A DNA stretch of 64,000 nucleotides from Selaginella moellendorffii (taxonomy: Eukaryota; Plantae; Lycopodiophyta): assembly GCF_000143415.4 (NCBI RefSeq), contig NW_003314367.1, forward strand, positions 372,001 to 436,000, read 5' to 3'. Under the pieces are notes generated by a model. The model saw nothing but the letters and a program-made list of their open reading frames with translations. It was not told the DNA's origin and ran no database searches. Below, in pieces: positions 37,290-48,665 of this stretch. How positions within the stretch are numbered: the first letter of the stretch is position 1; the number at the start of each line of letters is the position of its first letter. The translations under genes were made by a program, and so were the position numbers.

Positions 37290-39126
37290 TGTGAGACACA
37301 AAATCCCTAGGCCCCAAAGTGGAGCCAAAAGGGTGCCACGTGGTACTAGCTGAAGCGAAAGCCAAACGAGCGTAACACGTTTGGACTAAAAGCTCCGACT
37401 TGAAAAGGTCAAGAGTGGGAGTGGAACTCCCAACGAAGTGCTCGAGGAATGAGCACGAAGCGAGCAATAAGCAAGGCTCCAAAAAGGGACCCAAAATGAC
37501 CAACACATGACATATGGAAGTGTTTGAGATGGACCTGAGTTGGAGTCCGAAGTGGAGTCCGAGAGGGACCCGAGTTGGAGTCCGAAGTGGAGTTCGAGAG
37601 GGACCCGAGTTGGAGTCCGAAATGGAGTTCGAGAAGGACCCCGAGATGGAGTCCGAGATGGACCCGAGATGGACACGAGATGGGACCCGAGAAGGGACCC
37701 GAGATGGACCCGAGATAGAGTCCGAGATGGAGTCCGAGATGGACCTGAGATGGACCCGAGATGGAGTCCGAGATGGAGTCCGAGATGGACTCGAGATGGA
37801 GTTCGAGATGGACCCGAGATGGAGTCCGAGATGGACCCGAGATGGAGTCCGAGATGGAGTCCGAGATGGACCTGAGATAGAGTCCGAGATGGAGTCCGAG
37901 ATGGACCCGAGATGGAGTCCGAGATGGACCCGAGATGGAGTCCGAGATGGAGTCCGAGATGGACCTGAGATGGAGTCCGAGATGGAACTGAGACCGAGAC
38001 CGAGACTGAGTCCGAGTCCGAAACTGGGACCGAGACCAAGTCCGAGTCCGAGTTCGAGCCCGAGTCCAAGTCCGAATACTAATATAGGCAGTTGGGTGAA
38101 AGCCCAAAGCGATCGTCCCCCAGGGGGGGGGGGGGGGGGGGGCTGCGGGGGGTTCCAAAAGTATAGTAGGGAGAGTGTGGGGCTTGGAGCCCAGTGGAGC
38201 TAGTTTGGCCAGGAAAGGCCAGTTTGGCCCAGGAAAGGCCAGTTGGGCCCAGGAAGGCCAGACCCAGTGTTGGGTGATGAGCTGACCACTGGGAAGTCCA
38301 AGATTAGAGTGAATACGGACCGACAAGCGGGGTAGCTTGGTGAAGTGTTCAAAAGCTGGCTCTAGTTCCCCCGGGAGATCGACTGGCTGATGCTCCCAGT
38401 CCAAGTGTGGGTGGCACTACCTACTTGGATACCTGTCGTGGCTCAACGGAACCTCGCTCTAAGCCCATGGCTAGAGCACCTAAAGGCGAAAGGCGGGGAA
38501 AGTACCCATGAGGCTTGCGTAAGGCCACGGTGTTCCGAAATGTTGTTCCAAAGGCCCAGACTGTGGAAAGGAAGAGGAATAGTCCTCTTGTGTAGTGATC
38601 AAGGATACAGTCGTGCGGGGAGGAAGTCCCAGAGGATTGTGGGACTTAGTAGTCGGGCCGGTGGGCCTTGATCCAGTGGCAGTGTTAGTGAACACGGCCA
38701 AGGACAGAGAGGGATTTGGTGGGGACCAAAAAGGAGATATTGGGGAAGGTTATTCCCCATGTCTGGGGGCATCCTAAGGATGCTAAGGAGTGGATCTGGG
38801 ATGACCACTCATGGACGGATGGCCCAGTCTTGGAGAGACGGGATTGCAATGCTGGTGGTGTTGGACCACCGATGTGACCAAGGTGATTGGGCATGGCCTA
38901 GCGTAACGGGCTGGTATGTTGGTGGTGCCTTGGGGTGTCAGTCATAGGACCGGACACGTGGAGCACTTGGACCAAGTGCTAAGGTTGAGTGGCACGGATG
39001 CCATTCTCGGGGCTATCAAGCCCCAAGTCCCAAATTGGACTTTAGGAGGTTGTGAAAGAGACTCCTCCAAGTGGTTGGAGATGTGGTTAAGTGACTAAAG
39101 TAGAATGGAAAAATTAATCGCTTACA
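37290..39126 (+). mobile_element. Solo LTR, family A
   Basis: TGTGAGACAC...CTTACA; perfect TSD ATGGT (37285-37289 / 39127-39131). The empty site ttgaaatggtag is seen in A2 near 46660. Confidence 0.92.
37525..38075 (+). repeat. Two-unit minisatellite (GAGATGGAGTCC / GAGATGGACCC) plus GAGTCC/GAGACC hexamers inside the LTR
   Basis: Directly visible tandem array. Confidence 0.95.
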
Positions 39127-41847
39127 ATGGTAGTTAGAGCTACTTTTAATAAAGGTCAAAACAACCCAAGGAATTGAAGGCTGTATTCAAAGGATGAGTT
39201 GGTGTTCTTATTATATGGAAAGATAGTTCTATGGGGCAAAATTTACCTATATAGAATAAAGGATAATCAAGTGTTGGAATAACACTTGTAAAAGTGGTCC
39301 TTGTGAATAGGATGGGAATACAAAAAATTGAATTCAAGTGTGATAACAACCCAAAATTAGCTAGGAGGCTAGAACTGGGATGCCAGATTAACAAAGTCCA
39401 AAAGCTGGATGACTTAGTAGAGTCAAGGGACAGTCCAAAGGTTTAGAGGAATCCTATTTGGATGGAGGTGTACTATATACTTTACAAAGGACTGAGAGGA
39501 TCATAAGATCTAAATATGAGAACAATGGGTATTTCATTGATGGCAAAATATGCCATACTAAAGTCGTGGAAAGGTGTTCACAGAAGAAAGGAACTTTGGC
39601 AAGGAGTTGTATGTGAACACTGTATTATAATACTTATTGATAGTTAGCATGAGAGATGACTATTATTGTCTTGGCAAAGACTTAACATAAGTGGGAAGTG
39701 CCATGAGGGCAAATTTATAGAGCCGATGGTGTGGAGACACCAAAGGTTCCAAAATATGATACTTTAAGGTCAAGTTGATTAGTTCATAAAAACCCCTTAC
39801 CAAAGGAATCCCAATGGAATTGTGTTGCAAATGTGACTTCGGGTATCAAAAGTTACCTGTTGGCCAATCCTTACGGACACTGTTTCTATACTGCCACGAT
39901 GCTAGGAGGTCGGTATTGCTGCACCCATTATTAGTTCCCATTTGAGTTAGTTGAGAAACTAGTCAATAAACATGCACTTAAATTGGATAAACATAAGGTA
40001 GGAACCCTATGTGTTTCTTGTTGAGCATATTTGGCCTAGTTTGAGAAACTTGTGTCATTAGCTTGCACTTGTTAGTATCAAGAACCCCTGCAATATTAAG
40101 ACTACTCCAATATTGTTAGATGATAGCTTACCGTCTCTGCCAAACACCCTCACTATTATGCCCTTTGTGTTAGTTTCATTTTGGTCCTAAATGCTATATA
40201 TGGAAAGTGTCTAGATTTGCTCATTTGGCATATTTACGGAATGTAGAGATTGTTCTGAACACAATAGTGTTTATCCCATGTCCAAATTTCGCAATCTAAA
40301 GACATTCCATATTTAGTAAGTTTTGAGCTTGTTTCAGATACTAACTCCCAGTACTAAGGGAGGCTTGGGGTGAAAGCCCAAAATGTGTGTTCTTCAAGGG
40401 GGGGGGCTATAGGGGGTTCCAAATGTATAGTAGGGATAGTGGGTGGGTCGGGTATGGCTGACCAACCTGAGGCATAGTCTAGCTCCCGTTTGCATGCTTG
40501 TCTTTGTTTTGCGTCCAGTTTGGGTCTAAGCCCAAGTTCCACACCATGCTAGCTAGTGGAGTATTCATATCCTTGCATTAGGCCGCCAGTATGCCGAAAT
40601 AATGCCAGACTCTGTTTGGCTCCATTTTGCATGCTGGTCCTGACATTGGGATGCTGGATACTCTAGGACTGTTCCAAGTTACTCCGTGTTCCTGTCCCTT
40701 TGCTCCTTGGGCTGTATGTTCGGGAGTCTTTCTGTGCTCCAATGCCATCGCTCCTTGGCTTCCATGCTTGGGAGTTTGGCACCATTCCTTCATTCAGCAG
40801 CCTAAGGCCCTAAAACTCAAGTTCTGCACCACTGTCCTTTGGACATGTGACTGTAAGCGACTAATTTTTCCATTCTACTTTAGTCACTTAACCACATCTC
40901 CAACCACTTGGAGGAGTCTCTTTCACAACCTCCAAAAGTCCAATTCGGGACTTGGGGCTTGATAGCCCCGAGAATGGCATCCGTGCCACTCAACCTTAGC
41001 ACTTGGTCCAAGTGCTCCACGTGTCCGGTCCCATGACCGACACCCCAAGGCACCACCGACATATCGGCCCGTTATGCTAAGGCCATGCCCATTCACTTTG
41101 GTCACACCGGTGGTCTAACGCCACCTACATCACAGTCCCATCTCCCAAAGACTGGGCCATCCGTCCATGAGTGATCATCTTAGATCCACTCCTCCGCATC
41201 CTTAGGATGCTCACAGATATGGGGAATAGCCTTCCCCAATATCTCTTTTCCAGTCCCCACCAAGTCCCTTTCTGTCCGTGGCCGTGTTCGCCAACACTGC
41301 CACTAGATCAAGGCCCACAGGCCCGACCACTCAGTCCAACTGTCCTCTAGGACTTCCTCACTGTGTGACTGTGTCCTTGGTCACCACACCAGAGGGCTAC
41401 TTCTCTTCCTTTCCACAGTCTGGGACTTTGGGGCAACATTTTGGAACACCGTGGCCCTACGCGGGCCTCGTGGGTACTCTCCTCACCTTCTGCCCTTGGG
41501 TGCTCTAGCCATGGGCTTAGAGCGAGGTTCCGTTGAGCCACACCAGGTATCCAAGTAGGTAGTGCCACCCACACTTGGACTGGGAGCATCGGCCAGTCGA
41601 TCTCCCGAGGGAACTAGAGCCGGCTCTTGAACACTTCACCAAGCTACCCCGCTTGTCGGTCCATGTTCACTCTAGTCTTGGACTTCCCAGTGGGCAGCTC
41701 ATCACCCAACACTGGGTCCGGCCTTCCTGGGCCAAACTGGCCTTTCCTGGCCAAACTAGCTCCACTGCAGTCCTCCCCCTATTATACTTTTGGAGCTCAC
41801 CAAACCCCCCAGGGTCTGGGAGACGAACGCTTTGGGCTTTCACCCTC

Positions 41848-42340
41848 TCAGACTCGAACTCGGACTCGGACTCGGTCCTGGTCTCGGTCCCGGTCTCGGT
41901 CTCGACTTCGGACTCCATCTCGGGTCCATCTCGGACTCCATCTCGGGTCCATCTCGGACTCCACCTCGGGTCCATCTCGGACTCCATCTCGGGTCCATTT
42001 CGGGTCCATCTCGGACTCCATCTCGGGTCCATCTCGGACTCCATCTCGGGTCCATCTCGGGTCCATCTCGGACTCCATCTCGGGTCCATCTCGGACTCCA
42101 TCTCGGATCCATCTCGGACTCCATCTCGGACTCCATCTCGGGTCCATCTCGGACTCCATCTCGGACTCCATCTCGGGTCCATCTCGGGCTCCATCTCAGA
42201 TTCCATCTCGGATCCATCTCGGTTCCGTCTCGGACTCAATCTCGGATCCATCTCGGGTCCACCTCGAACTCCACCTCGGACTCCATCTCGGACTCCATAT
42301 CGGACTCCACCTCGGACTCCACCTCGGGGTCCTTCTCGGA
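41848..42340 (-). repeat. Hexamer plus 11/12-bp minisatellite array of the A2 3' LTR
   Basis: ccatctcggact / ccatctcgggt units on the + strand. Confidence 0.95.
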
Positions 42341-44062
42341 CACTTCCACGTGTCATGTATTGGTCCTTTTGGGTCCTTTTTTGGAGCCTCGCTTATTGCT
42401 TGCTTCGTGCTCGTTCCTCGAGCACTTTGTTGGGAGTTCCACTCCCGCTCTCGACCTTTCAAGTCGGGGCTTTTAGTCCAAACGTGTTACGCTCGTTTGG
42501 TTTTTGCTTTGGCCACCACCACATGGCACCCTTCCGGCTCCACTTTGGGGCCTAGGGATTTTGTGTCTCACAACTCCACCACCCATAGACAAAGTTCGAT
42601 GTCCTCATCAAACGATAAACTATTTTATAAAGTAATACCAACTTGTATTACCGTTTCCATCCTTGGCCCCTTGCCAATATTCGTCAATGCTCTGATATTG
42701 AAGGCTCACCATGCCTTCCCCATCCTCTAAGGAGTGTAGTCTCTCCAACTTAGAGATTGATTGGACCACTTATGGTGATTCTCTTTTTTTTCTTGGTTTA
42801 GTTCTCACTAAACTTGTTAGAGACACCTTCTCTAACTCAATCCCACTACTCATTCTCGAGTGGTCTCACTTTCCAGCGCTATAACCCTTGCACTTTGGAA
42901 CTTTTAATTCTAACTTTTCGAAGTCAATTTCCTAGGTGTCTCCGACACCTTGCATTGCACATATTGTGCAACTCCAATTCCTCATCCTAGGAAGTTCTCC
43001 ACTTGAGGGCACCATCATCCTCTGTTCGATTTCATGCCACATTTGGCACTGAGTTCCAGTTATTATATTTTGTGCTAGGGCTGTCCACAGCCCTATCTTT
43101 TGGCTACTTTGCCGCTCCCTCACTTGGAGCTTTTACTTTGCCAAATTGGAGCACTTAGGAATCTATCATTGGAAGTCCATTTCCTTTCCCACAAACCGTT
43201 AGCATCAAACACACTAGTGTTCTTTGGCTAATTTTGCCATTTGGATCCCTTCCATTAAATTTCATGGCCCAAACTTGGCCACTAGTCCTTTGCTCCTATC
43301 CTTGATTGTTGCACTCAACAACATAGGATCGCTACCTCCATTTTCGAGGTATCACTTCAGTTCCATAGCAAGACTCTTCTTTGCCAAGTCCGGAGGATGT
43401 TCACTCCTAGTACGTCTCTTTAGCATTTTCTGCTATGGTCTCTATCCACGGCCCAACTTCGTGACCCTTCCATGGGTCTCTTATAGAGACTACTTTCCTC
43501 AGACTCACTATGCCATCGCAGGGACACAACTTATTTCCCTTAGGTGCTCTTCCCACTTGGTCACCTTGACCAAGCCACACCATCTTAAATAGTTCAAATC
43601 AACATTTTGAACTAGGAACTTCATTCCTTAGCCAACCAAGGACCTTCTCCTTATTTGGCCATAAGATCACCTAGTGATCTCACCTTGGCACCTTAACAGA
43701 GTTGCCAAAAGGTACTTGGTCTTCTAGACCTTCAAGTTGTTGACCATAACCCCGGGGGCATCCCCCACACTTGGCGGTGCATCCAAGCCAGCCCTTACGG
43801 CCAAGGGTCCATAGCAACTGAGATTAGGTGTCCCCATCTCACTCACCACGTCCTTGGTGCCACTTGCACCAAAGCGTTCAAGTTAGATATGCTGAGCTTT
43901 CACACTAAGCAATCTAACTGTGCATCACGACTCCGAGGCATCCCTCGCTTAGCGGTGTGCCCAAACCAGTCTCCCCACTGAGAGTCCATGACCACCGAAA
44001 TATGAGTGTCCTCATATTCCAAACCATCACCACGCCCTAGTGATTTGGGACTCGAACCCAAG

Positions 44063-44135
44063 CACTAGAGGGTCGGGACTCGAACCCAACCTCCGTATAT
44101 GCATCTACGGACGGCATCACACAAGATGCCTAGCG
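44063..44135 (-). ncRNA. Putative 73-nt tRNA-like four-way-junction RNA structure inside A2
   Basis: CGCTAG/CTAGTG closing stem; hairpins GCATC-TTGTGT-GATGC, TCCGTA-GATGCATA-TACGGA and GGTTGGG-TTCGAGT-CCCGACC (B-box/T-loop). Not a canonical tRNA. Confidence 0.45.
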
Positions 44136-45928
44136 TGACTCCCCACGCCGGTGCACCAACCTATATTTAAAGCGCGCTACAGATCACAGCTTAGGAACCT
44201 AGTTCCTCCACACTGCCAAGTCCTCTCACTTGACATGTCTGTGATCATGCATGGACTCCTCCATGCTTGGCCCCCTGGCCCACCCTTTTTAAAGTTATCA
44301 CTTTCAACTAGGGTATTTGTTCCCCCGACTTGCCAATCTCGCTTGGCAAGTCCTTCAACCACTGTAACATGGTTCCTGCATAAGCGTGAAAGTCCTTGAC
44401 CATCGACTTTCGTTCAAAGCCCTCTCTTTGAACACTCGGGAACTACTTCCCTAACCTTGATAGCCTTGCCTCATGGCAAGCTTTAAGATCACGCTTTTGC
44501 TGCGCCACTCTGATTTCGCGCGTTCCATGAACCATTTACACTTGGCCTTTCTAGGTACTAATCTACCTAGAATCGTCTTTGGGAACCTTGAAGGAACTCT
44601 GTCCCTTAGCTTGCTAAGGCCTCCCTTTTCGTAAGCTTTATAGTTGCCATATAGTCTAACATGGACAATTCCATATTTTAGACTCTCCATGGCATCACGG
44701 TTGCTAGCAACAACATCCTCGAGCACCCTCTTGATTCTCCACTCCCAACTTGCATAACCACCGTTGGATATGCCCTTCGATTTCTATGGTTCAATTCCAT
44801 CCCAATATTACTTGCCTTTTGGCCCTATATGTTTCCTTTGGTTATTCTCCTCCAGACTAGAAGGATAGCTTTGCACCTTTTACTATGCCTTAGCAAGTAT
44901 TCTTAGGGATGAACTTACCCAATAGCCTAGGGAGTGGTTCCTCAATCTTGGGCATGCTCACCTTTATAATCCCATACATCGGGATTAACGTTGCTGCTTA
45001 TGAGCCTTTACATGCCCATCACTAGCCTTGCCAAAATTTCATTTTTGGCTTTGTTCAATTCGGGTAGACAGTCTTCTCCTGTCTCCACAACCTTGGACAT
45101 TTGGATAGCACCTACTATCCATCATTCGCTAGGGACTTAGTCCCTTGGGCCTTATCTATTGCCTTTGCGACACAAACACTACCTTTTGGTGTTCTAGAGT
45201 GTTTGGGTGTCCCAATGATGGCCTCCTGACAATGAGCATTCCCTTTACGACATTAACTCACTATATCACAACATAAGAAATTTCTCCCTCGTAAGGGTAT
45301 ATCTAACTTTTTTATCCCAACAAGAAGTCTTAGGTAGTTGCCTTCTAGCAGTTTAACGAATTATTTTGCACCTTTTGCTTAGTTGCTTCATAGTTGTCAA
45401 GTTCTATAACTCATTGCTGGTGCTTCCACACCTCTATCATTATCTGGGTCACCACACTCTAACCGCATGCCTTCTAGCTTAGGCTATGCCATTCCCATTT
45501 CCATTGGGATTCCTTTGGACGGGGTTCTCATGACCCGCCAACTTGACCTTAAGGCAGCATGCCTTGGCACCTTCGGTGTCTCCACACTATTAGCTCCACA
45601 AGCCTACCTTTATGACACTTCTTACTTGTGTCTAGGTCTTTTTGCCAAGACCAATATGGTTGTCTCTTATGCCAATTATCCATTAGCATTGCACCATAGT
45701 GTTTGCACCCAACTCTGGGCCAAAGTTGCTTTCTTCTGGGAACATCTTTCCCACAACTTTAGCATGGCACATTCTGCCATCAATGAGATACCTACTGTTC
45801 TCATACTTGGATCTTATGATCCTCCCCATACCTCATGGGGCACCATACACCTCAGTCCAAATGCTTCAACCAATCCCTTAAGACCATTTCTTGACTCCAC
45901 TTGAGTCATCCAGCATTTTAGACTTTGC

Positions 45929-46408
45929 TGTAAGCTCCTAAGTGCCTTAGCCAACCAACAGAGTCGGACCCAAGACACTTCCTTCGGGATGGAAGTGAGG
46001 GGTGAGAGGTACCCATACCGGGCCGCTAGGCCACGGTGTTTCGCCCCGGCGTCCCGAAGCAAGTGTTGCACTCAAGACTTGGGGTTTAGAGGGTCCCATG
46101 ATCAAGTCTTGTGGTACCAAAGGATGTTAGGAACCTGGAAACTTGGTGTGCTTGGCTGCTTGTGCTTGCGGAGAGTGTAGCCGAACCTTAAGTCCAGTCT
46201 AACCCGGGGAGGGGGATTGGGAGTGATTTGGGAATCCGTGGATGGATGGCTAACACTCCGTTGCTCGTGCAGTGAGTAGTTGAGACCAAGTAGGAGCTGG
46301 TACCATAGGCGAGAACCTTGGCAAGGGAACTTAGCAAAAGCCAAGGCGGTGTTGGACGGGTAGACGAGGTAAGCTGACAAATTGGAAAGGAAAAATTTGT
46401 GGCTTACA
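45929..46408 (+). mobile_element. Short (480-bp) solo LTR related to family B, inserted in A2
   Basis: TGTAAGC...GCTTACA inverted termini; TSD TTTGC/ATTGC; ~45980-46408 matches ~57510-57948. The empty site is seen in E1 near 39390. Confidence 0.85.
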
Positions 46409-48114
46409 ATTGCTAATCTAACGACCTGCGAGGTCTTGGTCTTCGAGGTGCCAACTTGCTGGAATACAACTTCTTGTATTCAGGTCCTGCTAACAAGGAC
46501 CATCTTTGCAAGTGTTCCTCCAACACTTGATTTGTTCTCTTGGGGAAACCTCTTGCCCCTTAGGACCACTTGTCCATGTGATGAGAATACCAACTCATCC
46601 TCTAAGTACACCCCCAACTCCTTGGGTTGTTCCCTCATTTATTAGAGGTAGCCCCGGCTACCATTTCAAATATTTGTGTCCTCCTCCGTATTTGACCTCC
46701 CACGGTCATCAATTCCAGTCTCAAATTTATGAGCACTTGCCTCAACTATGTGAGGATAATCTTATGACTCCTTTATTGTTTTGGAGTCTCTATCTTTCCC
46801 GTGATCCCAACTATAGTTGTTTACCACAACTACCTTAGTCAATTTGATGAGCGAAATGCTCATCCAAATCACATCCTCAACTCAATGAGGAAAACCTTGC
46901 ACTGTTCCCAAGATCCCAAAGTCGTTCCATTATTGGCCCTTTTCTATCCACCACCTCGTTTCCAAGTTCACACGTGAACCGTAATGGAGAGCTATGTCTT
47001 CCCGACTTACTACTCTGCAAGGACAGGCCCACTCCTCGGACCTTCCGATGCCAACACAAGTGATGATATATTTGAGCACCAATAAAAGTTGGACTAAGGA
47101 ACAACTCCGATACCAAGTTGTAAGCGACTAATTTTTCCATTCTACTTTAGTCACTTAACCACATCTCCGACCACTTGGAGGAGTCTTTTTCACAACTTCC
47201 AAAAGTCCAATTCGGGACTTGGGGCTTGATAGCCCCGAGAATGGCATCCGTGCCACTCAACCTTAGCACTTGGTCCAAGTGCTCCACGTGTCCGGTCCCA
47301 TGACCGACACCCCAAGGCACCACCAACATATCAGCCCATTACGCTAAGGCCATGCCCATTCACCTTGGTCACACCGGTGGTCTAACGCCACCTACATCAC
47401 AGTCCCATCTCCCAAAGACTGGGCCATTTGTCTATGAGTGATCATCCTAGATCCACTCCTCCGCATCCTTAGAATGCTCACAGACATGGGGAATAGCCTT
47501 CCCCAATATCTCTTTTCCAGTCCCCACCAAGTCCCTTTCTGTCCGTGGCCGTGTTCGCCAACACTGCCACTGGATCAAGGCCCACAGGTCCGACCACTCA
47601 GTCCAACTGTCCTTTGGGACTTCCTCACTGTGTGACTGTGTCCTTGGTCACCACACCAGAGGGCTACTTCTCTTCCTTTCCACAGTCTAGGACTTTGGGG
47701 CGACATTTCGGAACACAGTGGCCCTACGCGGGCCTTGTGGGTACTCTCCTCGCCTTCTGCCCTTGGGTGCTCTAGCCATGGGCTTAGAGCGAGGTTCCGT
47801 TGAGCCACACCAGGTATCCAAGTAGGTAGTGCCACCCACACTTGGACTGGGAGCATCGGCCAGTCGATCTCCCGGGGGAACTAGAGCCGGCTCTTGAACA
47901 CTTCACCAAGCTACCCCGCTTGTCGGTCCATGTTCACTCTAGTCTTGGACTTCCCAGTGGGCAGCTCATCACCCAACACTGGGTCCAGCCTTCCTGGGCC
48001 AAACTGGCCTTTCCTGGCCAAACTGGCTCCACTGCAGTCCTCCCCCTACTATACTTTTGGAGCTCACCAAACCCCCTAGGGTCTGGGAGACGAACGCTTT
48101 GGGCTTTCACCCTC

Positions 48115-48665
48115 TCAGACTCGAACTCGGACTCGGACTCGGACTCGGACTCGGACTCGGACTCGGACTCGGACTCGGACTCGGGCTCGGGCTCGGTCTC
48201 GGTCTCAGCCTCGGCCTTAGTCTTGGTCTCGGTCCCGATCTCGGTCTCGGTCTCGGTCCCGGTCTCGGTCCTGGTCTCGGTCTCGACTTCGGACTCCATC
48301 TCGGGTCCATCTCGGACTCCATCTCGGGTCCATTTCGGGTCCATCTCGGACTCCATCTCGGACTCCATCTCGGGTCCATCTCGGACTCCACCTCGGGTCC
48401 ATCTCGGACTCCATCTCAGGTCCATTTCGGGTCCATCTCGGACTCCATCTCGGACTCCATCTCGGATCCATCTCGGACTCCATCTCGGACTCCATCTCGG
48501 GTCCATCTCGGGCTCCATCTCGGATTCCATCTCGGATCCATCTCGGTTCCGTCTCGGACTCAATCTCGGATCCATCTCGGGTCCACCTCGAACTCCATCT
48601 TGGACTCCATCTCGGACTCTATATCGGACTCCACCTCAGACTCCACCTCAGGGTCCTTCTCGGAC
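48115..48665 (-). repeat. Hexamer plus 11/12-bp minisatellite array of the A2 5' LTR
   Basis: About 10 tcggac hexamers, then tcggtc units, then 11/12-bp units. Confidence 0.95.

Noticed and set aside
37525-38075. CRISPR-like appearance of the arrays
   Set aside because: No unique spacers, no cas genes, eukaryotic context; these are contiguous tandem repeats within LTRs.
38094-38300. Hammerhead ribozyme (retrozyme) suggested by the GAAA hairpin in non-autonomous LTRs
   Set aside because: No CTGANGA core with suitable stems was found by eye near the GAAA; an Infernal scan would settle it.
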